Shown piece after piece: positions 52,152-61,965 of a stretch of DNA of 64,000 nt. The notes below the pieces were generated by a model. It saw only the letters and a program-made list of their open reading frames with translations, did not search any database and was not told where the DNA came from. The translations under genes were made by a program, and so were the position numbers. Source of the DNA: Thermodesulfovibrionales bacterium (GTDB lineage: Bacteria > Nitrospirota > Thermodesulfovibrionia > Thermodesulfovibrionales > SM23-35); the NCBI GenBank assembly GCA_963715195.1, contig CAVQRT010000007.1:224001-288000 (forward strand), written 5' to 3'. Within the stretch, counting starts at the first letter, position 1; every line of letters begins with the position of its first letter.

Positions 52152-53738
52152 AGTAATAAAGTTATCACTGCGATACTGATCCTTCTCTTCGTTTCTCTCT
52201 CCTGCTCACGGGAACCGGAAATAAAAAATCCTGATGCTGTCACGGTCGGGTTTCTCGCCGATGCAAAGAGGCTGCTTCCGCTCCTTGCTTCAGACAGCGC
52301 CTCCGGGGAGATCACCGGATGGATCTTTAACGGTCTTACCAAGTACGACAGGGATCTCAAGATAACCGGTGAACTCGCAGAGTCCTGGGAGGTTTCACCT
52401 GACGGCCTTCAGATACTCTTCCATCTCAGGAAAGGTGTCCGGTGGCATGACGGGGCTGAGTTCACCTCGGAAGACGTCCTTTTTACCTATAACACGGTAA
52501 CTGATCCAAAGGTCCCGACGCCTTACAGCAGCAACTATGGCCCGGTAAAAAATGTTGAAGCATTGGATAAATATACCGTAAGAGTTTCATATCATGAACC
52601 TTTCGCGCCCGCTCTTGAGTCCTGGGGCATGGGGATTTTACCTAAACATATACTTTATGATAATGACATAACTAAAGAAATTTACAGCAGAAAACCAATC
52701 GGAACTGGTCCGTATCGGCTCAGGGAATGGGTTACCGGTCAAAAGGTAATCCTTGAGGCAAATGCGGAGTATTATGAAGGGAGACCGGGAATAGACAAAT
52801 TCGTCGCACGGGTTATCCCTGATACTGCCACCATGTTTCTTGAACTGAAATTCGGCGGCATAGATTTTATGGGCCTTACTCCTCCTCAATATAAGCTTCA
52901 AGCAACCAAAGAAACCTTCAACAAATATTTTCAGAAATTCAGATATCCTGCTTTTGGATATACCTATTTAGGATACAATCACCTTGACCCACAATTTGCT
53001 GACATGCGGGTAAGGCGGGCTATTACCCATGCAATTAATAAAAATGACATCATCGCGGGGGTATTGCTCGGATACGGAACCCCCTGCACGGGGCCCTTTC
53101 CACCTGAATCCTGGGCCTATAATCCGAAAGTTAAAGACCTTGCATATGATCCTGATCTTTCAATAAAACTTTTGGGAGAGGCAGGCTGGAAATCAGGCAA
53201 AAACGGTACTCTCGAAAAGAATGGGAAACCATTTGAATTTACAGTTATTACCAATCAGGGCAATGAAGCGCGTCTCAAGACAGCTCAGATAATCAAGGAA
53301 AGCCTGAGAAAGATCGGGATCAGCATGAACATTAAGGTCCTCGAGTGGCAGGCAATGCTCCATGAATTCATCGACAAGAAACGGTTTGAAGCGATTATCA
53401 TGGGTTGGGGTCTGTCACGGGATCCTGATATGTATGATATCTGGCACTCTTCCAAGACAAAGGAGGGTGAGTTCAATTTTATTTCATACAAAAATACTGA
53501 AGTTGATCGTCTTCTGCTCGAGGGGCGTCGTACCTTTGATCACGGAAAGAGAACAGAGATTTACCACAGAATTCATGAAATACTTGCCGAAGAACAGCCG
53601 TATACTTTTCTCTATGTGCCCGATGCCCTGCCGGTTCTCCACAAAAGATTTAAAGGTGTTGAAAAAGCCCCGATCGGAATCTGGCATGATTTCATTCACT
53701 GGAAGGTCCCGAAAAACAGCATCGAGTGGTACAACTGA
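52083..53738 (+). CDS. Peptide/nickel ABC substrate-binding lipoprotein (family 5, AppA-like)
   Basis: Lipobox VSLSC; LAESWEVS, LRKGVRWHDG and PIGTGPY motifs. Confidence 0.88.
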   Translation: MLSLFQHLLQILFYKTPNQVQGDSNKVITAILILLFVSLSCSREPEIKNPDAVTVGFLADAKRLLPLLASDSASGEITGWIFNGLTKYDRDLKITGELAESWEVSPDGLQILFHLRKGVRWHDGAEFTSEDVLFTYNTVTDPKVPTPYSSNYGPVKNVEALDKYTVRVSYHEPFAPALESWGMGILPKHILYDNDITKEIYSRKPIGTGPYRLREWVTGQKVILEANAEYYEGRPGIDKFVARVIPDTATMFLELKFGGIDFMGLTPPQYKLQATKETFNKYFQKFRYPAFGYTYLGYNHLDPQFADMRVRRAITHAINKNDIIAGVLLGYGTPCTGPFPPESWAYNPKVKDLAYDPDLSIKLLGEAGWKSGKNGTLEKNGKPFEFTVITNQGNEARLKTAQIIKESLRKIGISMNIKVLEWQAMLHEFIDKKRFEAIIMGWGLSRDPDMYDIWHSSKTKEGEFNFISYKNTEVDRLLLEGRRTFDHGKRTEIYHRIHEILAEEQPYTFLYVPDALPVLHKRFKGVEKAPIGIWHDFIHWKVPKNSIEWYN

Positions 53739-54716
53739 ATGCCGATCATCCAGGTGGAAAATCTCGTCAAGAAATTCGGCAAAATTACTGCCGTCGATAC
53801 CATATCCTTCGACGTTGAGGAAGGCACGATCTTCGGATTTCTCGGTCCGAACGGAGCCGGAAAGACCACCACGATCAGTATCCTTTGCACCCTCCTCTCC
53901 CCGACTTCGGGCAGAACACTCATCGCAGGGTATGACTGTATGAAAGACTCCTCAAAGGTGAGGAATGCTATCGGCATTGTTTTTCAGGATACAACACTCG
54001 ATAAGGACCTCACCGCGTACGAGAACCTGATCTTTCATGCCTATCTGTACAGTGTTCCAAAAACAGAGATGAAAGAGCGGGTTCATGATGTCCTGAATTT
54101 TGTCGATCTCTATGACCGAAGAAACGATCTGGTCAAAAAGTTCTCCGGTGGCATGAAACGGAGGCTCGAAGTTGCCCGGGGACTGCTGCACAGGCCGAGA
54201 GTGCTCTTCCTGGATGAACCTACCCTCGGCCTCGACCCGCAAAGCAGAACGAATCTCTGGGAATTCATTACCGGGCTTCCCGGGAAACACAACGTCACCA
54301 TCTTCATGACTACTCACTACATGGAGGAAGCTGAGGTTTGCGACAGGATTGCAATCATAGATCACGGGAAAATCATTGCGATGGACACGCCCGATGAGCT
54401 GAAAAAAACAGTAGGAGGCGATGTCGTCTCCATAACGACTACGGACAATGAAAGCGCCAGATACGATATAGAACATGCGTTCCGCATGAACGTTGACGAA
54501 AAAGAAAATGCACTCTACATGACTTGCAGCAGGGGAGACACCTGTATTCCGGAATTGATAAGAACTCTGGGTGAAAGGGTTCTCTCGGTGAGAATTCAGA
54601 GGCCAACCCTGAACGATGTCTTTCTGAAACTCACCGGCAAGTCAATACGGGAGATCGAATCTTCCGGGAATGACTCGGTGCGCGAATCTGTCAGGGCATA
54701 CAGAAGGAGAAAATGA
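53739..54716 (+). CDS. ABC-2 (DrrA-like) exporter ATP-binding protein
   Basis: GPNGAGKTT, FSGGMKRRLE and LDEPTLGLDPQ motifs. Confidence 0.9.
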   Translation: MPIIQVENLVKKFGKITAVDTISFDVEEGTIFGFLGPNGAGKTTTISILCTLLSPTSGRTLIAGYDCMKDSSKVRNAIGIVFQDTTLDKDLTAYENLIFHAYLYSVPKTEMKERVHDVLNFVDLYDRRNDLVKKFSGGMKRRLEVARGLLHRPRVLFLDEPTLGLDPQSRTNLWEFITGLPGKHNVTIFMTTHYMEEAEVCDRIAIIDHGKIIAMDTPDELKKTVGGDVVSITTTDNESARYDIEHAFRMNVDEKENALYMTCSRGDTCIPELIRTLGERVLSVRIQRPTLNDVFLKLTGKSIREIESSGNDSVRESVRAYRRRK

Positions 54717-54723
54717 AAAGAAC

Positions 54724-54817
54724 GGGTTCGATGGTACGAGGATTCAAGGGTTCAAATGCTCTTGGAAACTATTTTCACATCACTGGGATCCTTGAATCCT
54801 TGACCTCTCGGTTCCTT
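54724..54817. repeat. Octamer tandem arrays in inverted orientation
   Basis: GGGTTCGA TGGTACGA GGATTCAA GGGTTCAA ... GATC CTTGAATC CTTGACCT CTCGGTTC. Confidence 0.65.
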
Positions 54818-54825
54818 CACGGGCT

Positions 54826-55590
54826 ATGGAACTGAACGCTATTTACGTTATTGTTGCACGGGAATTCAAAAAATTCATCCGGGAAAAGAGCCGCCTGATC
54901 TCTGCGATAGCACGGCCCGTCCTGTGGCTTTTCATCGTTGGAGCAGGGTTATCGAGGCTCGTTCCGCGCGATACCGGCGTGCCCTACACACAGTTCATTT
55001 TCCCCGGCATCATCGGCATGACAATCCTCTTCAGTTCGATCTTTTCATCCATATCGATCATATGGGACAAGGAATTCGGGTTCATGAAGGAGATCCTTGT
55101 TGCTCCCGTCTCCCGTCTCTCGATCGTCGTGGGAAAAGCATTGAGCGGGACCATCGTTTCAACGATTCAGGCCGTCATCATTCTTGCCCTCTTCCCCTTT
55201 CTCGGATTCAAACTCACCCTGATACAGGTTATATCGATTGTCTTCATCTGTGCTTCACTGTCTTTCTGCATTTCTGCGTTCGGCATTGTTCTCGCAACGT
55301 TCTATGACAGCTACGAGAGTTTCAGTGTCATCATGAACTTCATTATCATGCCGATGTTCTTCCTGTCAGGCGCGATGTATCCGGTTAAGCTCCTTCCGGA
55401 CATTCTGAAGGTTGTTGCAAAAATAAATCCCCTCACCTATGGAATTGATGCGCTAAAACACGTGATCTTTCCCCATAGCATAGGATCTATGGGACCCGAT
55501 TTCTCTCTGCTCACAAATGCGGCGGTAATCGTTCTCACGTCACTGGTATTTGTTTTTGTTGCAGGAAAAGCATTTGAAAGGAAACAGTAA
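54826..55590 (+). CDS. ABC-2 exporter permease
   Basis: FIFPGIIGM, DKEFGFMKEILVAPVSR and NPLTYGIDAL motifs. Confidence 0.9.
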   Translation: MELNAIYVIVAREFKKFIREKSRLISAIARPVLWLFIVGAGLSRLVPRDTGVPYTQFIFPGIIGMTILFSSIFSSISIIWDKEFGFMKEILVAPVSRLSIVVGKALSGTIVSTIQAVIILALFPFLGFKLTLIQVISIVFICASLSFCISAFGIVLATFYDSYESFSVIMNFIIMPMFFLSGAMYPVKLLPDILKVVAKINPLTYGIDALKHVIFPHSIGSMGPDFSLLTNAAVIVLTSLVFVFVAGKAFERKQ

Positions 55591-55647
55591 CCGATATTTC
55601 CCTTCCCATGAAAAAATGGAAATGATAAACTATTGAACCGCGGGTGA

Positions 55648-56367
55648 ATGACAATGATGCCATTTTGTCTCATAGCGAAAACGATATCGGACGCATGGTT
55701 CCAGCTCATCTTTAATCTGTTTGATAAGGCATATTCACAGAATATTCAGAAAGGTTCCTTTGAAAACGAACAGTACCGCCTTCAGTATCCGGGCATTGCA
55801 GTCTTTATTGAACATCCATCGACTGATATCGTGCCGACCATCCCCCCCGGTCTCGGGATTCCCGCTCCGACGACCATGGAATACATTGAAGACTATTTTG
55901 CGAATTACCTGATGAACCCGGAACCGGGAGAAAATGAAACATATACCTATGCAGGCAGAATTCAACATCCGATGCCGGATGGCGGTTCGCAGCTTGAGCG
56001 AGTTGTGGATATGCTCCGGAGCACGCCGCTTACCAATCAGGCGGTCGTCGAAATCGCAACTCCTGAAGATCTCGACATCTGTTGCGGCAAGGACGGCAAG
56101 CTTGATCCCCCGTGCCTGAGACTGCTTGATTTTAAAGTGATACCATTGGACGATGCTTTCCTTCTGACCGTCAGTGTTTATTTCCGGTCATGGGACCTCT
56201 GGGCAGGGTTTCCGACAAACCTCGGCGGCATTGAACTCCTCAAGCAGTATGTGGCATCTGAAGCCTCACTGCAGAACGGGCCGATGTATGCATACAGTGC
56301 GGGTGCACATATCTATGGCTACCAGGAAGAAATCGCCCGTTTACGAACCCTCAGGAGAAAAAAATAA
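55648..56367 (+). CDS. thyA: Thymidylate synthase family protein (short, archaeal-like ThyA)
   Basis: YTYAGR, PPCLR (catalytic Cys), YFRSWDLWAGFPTN and AHIY motifs. Confidence 0.78.
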   Translation: MTMMPFCLIAKTISDAWFQLIFNLFDKAYSQNIQKGSFENEQYRLQYPGIAVFIEHPSTDIVPTIPPGLGIPAPTTMEYIEDYFANYLMNPEPGENETYTYAGRIQHPMPDGGSQLERVVDMLRSTPLTNQAVVEIATPEDLDICCGKDGKLDPPCLRLLDFKVIPLDDAFLLTVSVYFRSWDLWAGFPTNLGGIELLKQYVASEASLQNGPMYAYSAGAHIYGYQEEIARLRTLRRKK

Positions 56368-56448
56368 CCTTGACGCAATGTTGACATTATCTGAATATAA
56401 GTGCTATTTTTTTATAGTAAACTTAAAGGAGTATTGATTGCATCATTG

Positions 56449-56480
56449 ACCGCACATGTCGTCATATGCGGTTTTTTTTA
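56449..56480 (+). terminator. Intrinsic terminator after thyA / in the leader of the next gene
   Basis: ACCGCACATG-tcgt-CATATGCGGT followed by a T run. Confidence 0.65.
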
Positions 56481-56521
56481 TGCATGATTCCTGGATCACC
56501 GACCTTTGAAGATTACATTAT

Positions 56522-57622
56522 ATGAGCATGTCCGTCACGCGTATCGATAAACTGAAGCCTCTCACCATAGGTTCATTAACGGCAAAGCTCCCCATAATCC
56601 AGGGAGGGATGGGTATCGGGATTTCTCTGTCCGGGCTTGCTTCAGCAGTGGCTAATGAAGGCGGTATAGGAGTTATCGCAACAGCCGGGATCGGGATGAG
56701 CGAACCTGATTTCTTTAAGAATTCCTTCGAAGCAAATCTCAGGGCTTTGCGAAAAGAGATACGAAAAGCGAGGGAATTATCAAAAGGGATTCTCGGAGTT
56801 AATATCATGGTGGCTTTATCAGATTTTGCCGACCTCGTAAGAGCTGCAATTGAGGAGGGCATAGATATTATTTTTTCCGGAGCCGGACTGCCGCTCAATC
56901 TTCCCCAATTCCTGCCGGAAAAAGCCCGGACAACAATCGCCCCAATCGTATCCTCTGCAAGAGCAGCCGCACTCATCGCAAAAAAATGGTCAGAGAAATA
57001 CGGCCGCCTGCCGGATGCAGTTGTGGTGGAAGGACCCAAAGCAGGAGGCCATCTCGGGTTTAAAGAAGAAATGATTCATGATCCTGCATATTCTCTGGAG
57101 AAACTCGTTACGGAGGTAATTCAGGCAATGCACCCCTTTGAAGAAAGATACGGGAAATCAATTCCCGTCATAGCAGCCGGAGGAATTTATACCGGACAGG
57201 ATATCTTCCGGTTTTTTCAGTTGGGGGCATCCGGTGTCCAGATGGCAACACGGTTTGTTACCACGCATGAATGCGATGCATCTCTTGATTTTAAACAGAC
57301 ATATATCGATTCAAAAAAAGAGGATATGACGATTATCAAAAGCCCGGTAGGAATGCCCGGGAGGGCCATTAAAAATACCTTCCTCGAAGAAGTCAGTCAG
57401 GGGAAGAGGAAACCGTTTAAATGCCCTTACCATTGCCTGAAAACGTGTGATTACAAGAACAGTCCCTATTGCATTACCCTCGCTCTGATGAACGCAAAGA
57501 AGGGGAATTTATCACAGGGTTTTGCATTTGCCGGGGAAAACGCATACAGGGCAACTGGTATTACTTCCGTAAAGGAATTAATAGAGACCTTAAAAAGGGA
57601 ATATGCTGAAGCAGCCGGCTAA
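56522..57622 (+). CDS. Nitronate monooxygenase / FabK-like FMN oxidoreductase
   Basis: PIIQGGMG, EGPKAGGHLG, AAGGI, GVQMATRF and CPYHCLKTC motifs. Confidence 0.85.
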   Translation: MSMSVTRIDKLKPLTIGSLTAKLPIIQGGMGIGISLSGLASAVANEGGIGVIATAGIGMSEPDFFKNSFEANLRALRKEIRKARELSKGILGVNIMVALSDFADLVRAAIEEGIDIIFSGAGLPLNLPQFLPEKARTTIAPIVSSARAAALIAKKWSEKYGRLPDAVVVEGPKAGGHLGFKEEMIHDPAYSLEKLVTEVIQAMHPFEERYGKSIPVIAAGGIYTGQDIFRFFQLGASGVQMATRFVTTHECDASLDFKQTYIDSKKEDMTIIKSPVGMPGRAIKNTFLEEVSQGKRKPFKCPYHCLKTCDYKNSPYCITLALMNAKKGNLSQGFAFAGENAYRATGITSVKELIETLKREYAEAAG

Positions 57623-57626
57623 GGCT

Positions 57627-58698
57627 TCATGAGGATGCATCGACGGGAAACCGGATGGTAAATGTCGTTCCTTTTCCTTCTTCGCTCTTCACCGATATAG
57701 TGCCTTTGTGATCCTGAATGATCTTGAGCGCAAAGGTGAGTCCGAGTCCAGGACCATAGACCTTCGAAGTTACCATCGGATCGAAGATATTCTTGATTTT
57801 TTCCTGAGCGATGCCCTTTCCGGTATCTGAAATTTGCAGCTCCAGGTTATCGCTGTTCACCCTGCTCAGAATATTCAGCGTCTGTGCCCCGTTTTCCATT
57901 GCTTCCAGCGCATTTTTAATAAGATTGCAGAACGCCCGCTTCAGGAGTTTTTTGTCCGCGTTTATCAGAGGAATGCCCTCCTGAAGATCGGTTTCGACAT
58001 GTACTGCCTTCTGCACAATATCCTGTTTGAAGACAGTCAGGGAGTCCCGGACAACCTCATTGATGTCCGACGGTTCTTTGATCGATATCGAAATTGATTT
58101 CAGCTCGATCAGCTGCTTGATCATACTCTCGAGAACTGCGACATCCTCGATGATATACTGCAAATATTTCCTGTTCGGGTCATCTTCCTCCAGCTTGTTG
58201 AATACCTTGCGGGCAAACCCTCCAACTGATGTAAGCGGATTTCTGATCTCGTGTGCAACCTGTTCCATCATCTGCTCGAGGGCCCCGGATCTCTTCTTCT
58301 TCGACCTTTTTCTGATGGGTTGCCTTTATCGAGAGCAGAGACCTGATCCGCGCAGAGAGTTCCTTGTAGTCAAAAGGCTTTGCCATATAATCATCAGCAC
58401 CGATGTCAAGACCTTTGACTTTATGTTCGACTTCACCTTTTGCCGTAAGCATGAGAATCGGGATATACCTCGTTTTTTCATCCGCCTTGAGTCTCTGACA
58501 GACTTCATAGCCGTCTATTTTCGGCATCATAATGTCAAGGACGATCAGATCGGGATCATACTCAGGAACCTTCTTGAGCGCCTCTTCGCCGTTGTAAGCC
58601 TCTGCCGTGTCGTATCCTTCAGCCCGGAATCTCTTTTTCAGCAGTTCCACAGTATCTTCAGCGTCATCGACAATCAGAATCTTACTCGTGTTCTCCAC
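57627..58698 (-). pseudogene. Receiver-histidine kinase hybrid split by a 1-nt frameshift near 58293
   Basis: REC ORF 58180-58698 (VLDIMMP) joins HisKA/HATPase ORF 57627-58271 (AHEIRNPL, NLIKNA, DTGKG, GLGL) if one base is removed at GAA GAA GAG ATC. Confidence 0.75.
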
Positions 58699-59083
58699 CT
58701 AAGATGCTCTCCCGCTTGCCCCGGATAAAAGATCTGATCTGATCAGGTAATTCACGAATATTGACTGGTTTAGAGATATATCCTTCGAATCCTGCCACTA
58801 TGACTTTTTCACGGTCTCCTTTCATTGCATGGGCAGTAAAAGCCACTATCGGGATGTCCTGGAATTCCTCCATGCCTTTCAGGCGTTTCGCAACCTCATA
58901 ACCATCCAGTTTCGGGAGTGAGATATCCAGCAGTATCAGGTCAGGCTTTTCTGCAACCGCCTTTTCTACGGCCTCCTCACCATCTTCAGCTTCAACCGTA
59001 ATGTACCCCTTGTTCCTGAGTACCTTTACGACAAGTTCACGATTATCCTGATTGTCCTCGACGATCAAAACCTTTCTCTGCAT
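58682..59083 (-). CDS. Single-domain response regulator (DivK-like)
   Basis: VEDN, LLDISLP, TAHAMKGD and ISKP motifs. Confidence 0.9.
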   Translation of the reverse strand: MQRKVLIVEDNQDNRELVVKVLRNKGYITVEAEDGEEAVEKAVAEKPDLILLDISLPKLDGYEVAKRLKGMEEFQDIPIVAFTAHAMKGDREKVIVAGFEGYISKPVNIRELPDQIRSFIRGKRESILGGEHE

Positions 59084-59212
59084 AGAGCTGTTATTCCTCT
59101 GTAAACTGATCCTGCAAGATAGTTCGCTTCATATTATATCGGAACCCGTACATTTTGGTTTGTATCATTTTGGCAGGTAAAAGGTAATTTTGCCGGTATT
59201 TTGATGGATTCT

Positions 59213-61912
59213 TCACGAATCCCTGCCGATTTTCTGTATGGTGGTTTTGAGATCCTTGAGAAGGTCATCCTTCGTCAGAACGACGTTATTGAGGATACCC
59301 ATAATTCTGCCGTTCAATTTATCCCTCTCTTCATCCGACAACTCCCTCGGCGTCAGCACAATCAGCGGAATGTCTTTCATCCTATGCGCTGCCTTCAGAT
59401 ATTCAATAACATCGAATCCGATTTCGGGTGTCGCCAGATTCAGAATAATAAGATCAGGCATGAAATTCTCGATGGACCTTACGGCATCTGCACTGTTATA
59501 AGAGGTTGTTACCTGATATTCCGCCTCTTCAAGAACGCTTCCGATGAGCCTGACGGATGCCGGATCATTGTCTACAATCAGTATTCTCTTGATCTTGCTC
59601 ATCTTTTCAAGGGACTTGAGTTTCTTTAAAAGGACATCTTTGTCAACCGGTTTTACAATATACTCTGCTGCACCGAGGCTGAATCCCATCCTCTGATCAT
59701 CCACGATCGACAGAACGATAACCGGGATATCCTGGGTATCCGGGTCATTCTTCAGTTCCCGCAACACTTCCCATCCATCCTTGAGCGGCATCATGATGTC
59801 CAGGGTGATGGCCATCGGTTTTATCTGTTTTGCCTTTGCGACCGCCTCATCTCCACCCAGGAGGCCGACTACGGTATAATCGTCACCGAGATACTTGCAT
59901 ATGATATCAATCGCCTCAGGGTTATCATCGATCGCAAGAATAATTTTCTTGTCGTTTCCTTTTGCTGCTATATGTTCTACCAGGTACTCCTCGTCGACTT
60001 CCGTCACGATGCTTTTGATCAGATCACACCCTTTGCAGAAATCCACTTTCTCCGGGTATGCCGCTATTTTCATTCCGGTACAATGTGTTCCCATCATCAG
60101 CCAGCATCGCGGTTCGGCGCTTCCGTAAGCAGGACAGCTTGGCTGTCCGCACCGGATATACTCCCAGCAATGAATCGGTTTACCTCCGTATACCGGCTCC
60201 CGGAGGAAGTCATCAACAGGTTTTCCAAAATAGTCAGCCAGTCCCTCAGCCACCCTGGTCTCTATTACCGGTTCCGCACTCTTGTCCAGAATACTTTTCT
60301 TGATCGGAAGGGTAAAACAGAATGTGCTCCCCTCACCAACTTTACTGTTCACCCATATGATTCCCTTGTGCAGTGAAACCAGTCCCCGGGCAATACTGAG
60401 ACCAAGCCCGGTGCCTTCGTATTGCCGGACGGTCGTCAGATCAGCCTGCACAAACTTGTCGAATATCTTTGTGACATCTTCTTCCTTGATGCCGATTCCG
60501 GTATCCGCAACGGAAATTTCCATAAAAAGCGGCTCCTCTCCCGGTTTGATGCCCCTTTCTGAAATCCTCGCTGAGATGGTTATTCCGCCTTTTTGTGTAA
60601 ATTTAATCGCGTTGGACAAGAGATTGATCAGGATCTCCTTGACCCTGTCTTCGTCGCCATATATAAGGGGCAGATCCTCCGGGATATCAACCGTAAGATC
60701 AATGCCTTTCATCTTCATCTGGGGCTCAAAGGCGGTGGTCGCTGATGCAACAAGCCATTTCAGGTCAATCTCTTTCGGGTTAATTTTCATCTTCCCGGCT
60801 TCAATCTTCGAAATATCCAGAACATCATTGATCAGCTGCAGCAAATGTCTCGCATTGGTTGACACTTTGTTCAGGCTTTTCTTCTGGTCTTCGTTGACCG
60901 GTCCGTCAACACCATCGAACAAAAGATCGGTGTATCCTATAATGGCATTCATCGGTGTCCGGAGTTCGTGCGACATGTTGGCAAGAAATGTCGACTTCAA
61001 TTTGTCCAGTTCCCTGAGATCCTTGTTTGCCCTTTCGAGCAGATTCATGAGCCTCGTCCTTTCATTCAGCAAAGCGGTTTTCCTCTTAACCTCCTCTTCC
61101 AGCTTCTTGCTGAACGATGCAACACTCTCGACCATGTAATTAAAGGTTCTTCCCAGAATCCCTATTTCATCTTCAGTCTTCACCTCAACTTTCACGGATG
61201 TGTCGCCTTCTGCAAACTTTTTCGCTCTGTCGGCAAGCAGTTCCACCGGATGCCTGACCAGTTGGTTCACCATGACATATGAAAGGATAATAGCAATGGG
61301 AATAAGGAATGCAACGATGATGATCGTCCTGTTTCTCTGAGCGGTGACCTGTGCATAGGTCCGTTCGGCATCAAGGCGAACCACGATGCCTCCGAGTACT
61401 TTTTTTGTATTTCCATGACAGTGGAAGCAGTCCTGTTCATTCAAAATGGGCCGCATAACAACAATTTGTCTTCTTCCTGATACAAAATCTTCAAAAGGCT
61501 TTCGGGGATCAATCGTGGGTGCGATCCCCGTCTTGAGAGTCTCAGACAGTTTCCGGGAGATATTCCTGTTATTGATCGAGTCAGATAGGGTTGTGTTTAC
61601 TTTGTCGGTATCGGTCGAATAAACGACTTCCTGTTTAAAATCACAGATAAATACCTCAACATCCTTCATCTTCTCACGAATATCGGATAATTCCCTTTTA
61701 ATGGCCTCGCTGTCCCCGACCTCCATGGGATACTTGATTCCGGCATAAATTGAATCGGCAAGTTCGGTACTGAGTGCTGCTGCTATTTCCAGCCGGTCTC
61801 CCGTTCCAAAATAGATTCGCATGTAGATCTCCGTCATGAGAACAAGGAAAATGATAACGAGCATAGCAACCATTATCTTGTACCCTAATCTCTTCCGTAT
61901 AATCCCGAACAT
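59213..61912 (-). CDS. Hybrid sensor histidine kinase: periplasmic heme-c domain, HAMP, HisKA/HATPase, Cys/Trp-rich domain, two REC domains
   Basis: Two TMs flanking CFHCH; SHELRTPMNAIIG; GTGLGL; CWEYIRC...C...CW...C...CKGC; two receiver domains. Confidence 0.9.
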   Translation of the reverse strand: MFGIIRKRLGYKIMVAMLVIIFLVLMTEIYMRIYFGTGDRLEIAAALSTELADSIYAGIKYPMEVGDSEAIKRELSDIREKMKDVEVFICDFKQEVVYSTDTDKVNTTLSDSINNRNISRKLSETLKTGIAPTIDPRKPFEDFVSGRRQIVVMRPILNEQDCFHCHGNTKKVLGGIVVRLDAERTYAQVTAQRNRTIIIVAFLIPIAIILSYVMVNQLVRHPVELLADRAKKFAEGDTSVKVEVKTEDEIGILGRTFNYMVESVASFSKKLEEEVKRKTALLNERTRLMNLLERANKDLRELDKLKSTFLANMSHELRTPMNAIIGYTDLLFDGVDGPVNEDQKKSLNKVSTNARHLLQLINDVLDISKIEAGKMKINPKEIDLKWLVASATTAFEPQMKMKGIDLTVDIPEDLPLIYGDEDRVKEILINLLSNAIKFTQKGGITISARISERGIKPGEEPLFMEISVADTGIGIKEEDVTKIFDKFVQADLTTVRQYEGTGLGLSIARGLVSLHKGIIWVNSKVGEGSTFCFTLPIKKSILDKSAEPVIETRVAEGLADYFGKPVDDFLREPVYGGKPIHCWEYIRCGQPSCPAYGSAEPRCWLMMGTHCTGMKIAAYPEKVDFCKGCDLIKSIVTEVDEEYLVEHIAAKGNDKKIILAIDDNPEAIDIICKYLGDDYTVVGLLGGDEAVAKAKQIKPMAITLDIMMPLKDGWEVLRELKNDPDTQDIPVIVLSIVDDQRMGFSLGAAEYIVKPVDKDVLLKKLKSLEKMSKIKRILIVDNDPASVRLIGSVLEEAEYQVTTSYNSADAVRSIENFMPDLIILNLATPEIGFDVIEYLKAAHRMKDIPLIVLTPRELSDEERDKLNGRIMGILNNVVLTKDDLLKDLKTTIQKIGRDS

Positions 61913-61965
61913 GTTTCCCCTTTTATTGCCTGTGTACTTTCTCCGGTCTGCTACCTACTATCTGC

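Noticed and set aside
31498..56367. EndoQ + UDG + ThyA-like genes as a DNA-modification or defence system
   Set aside because: The genes are dispersed in unrelated housekeeping operons with no clustering evidence.
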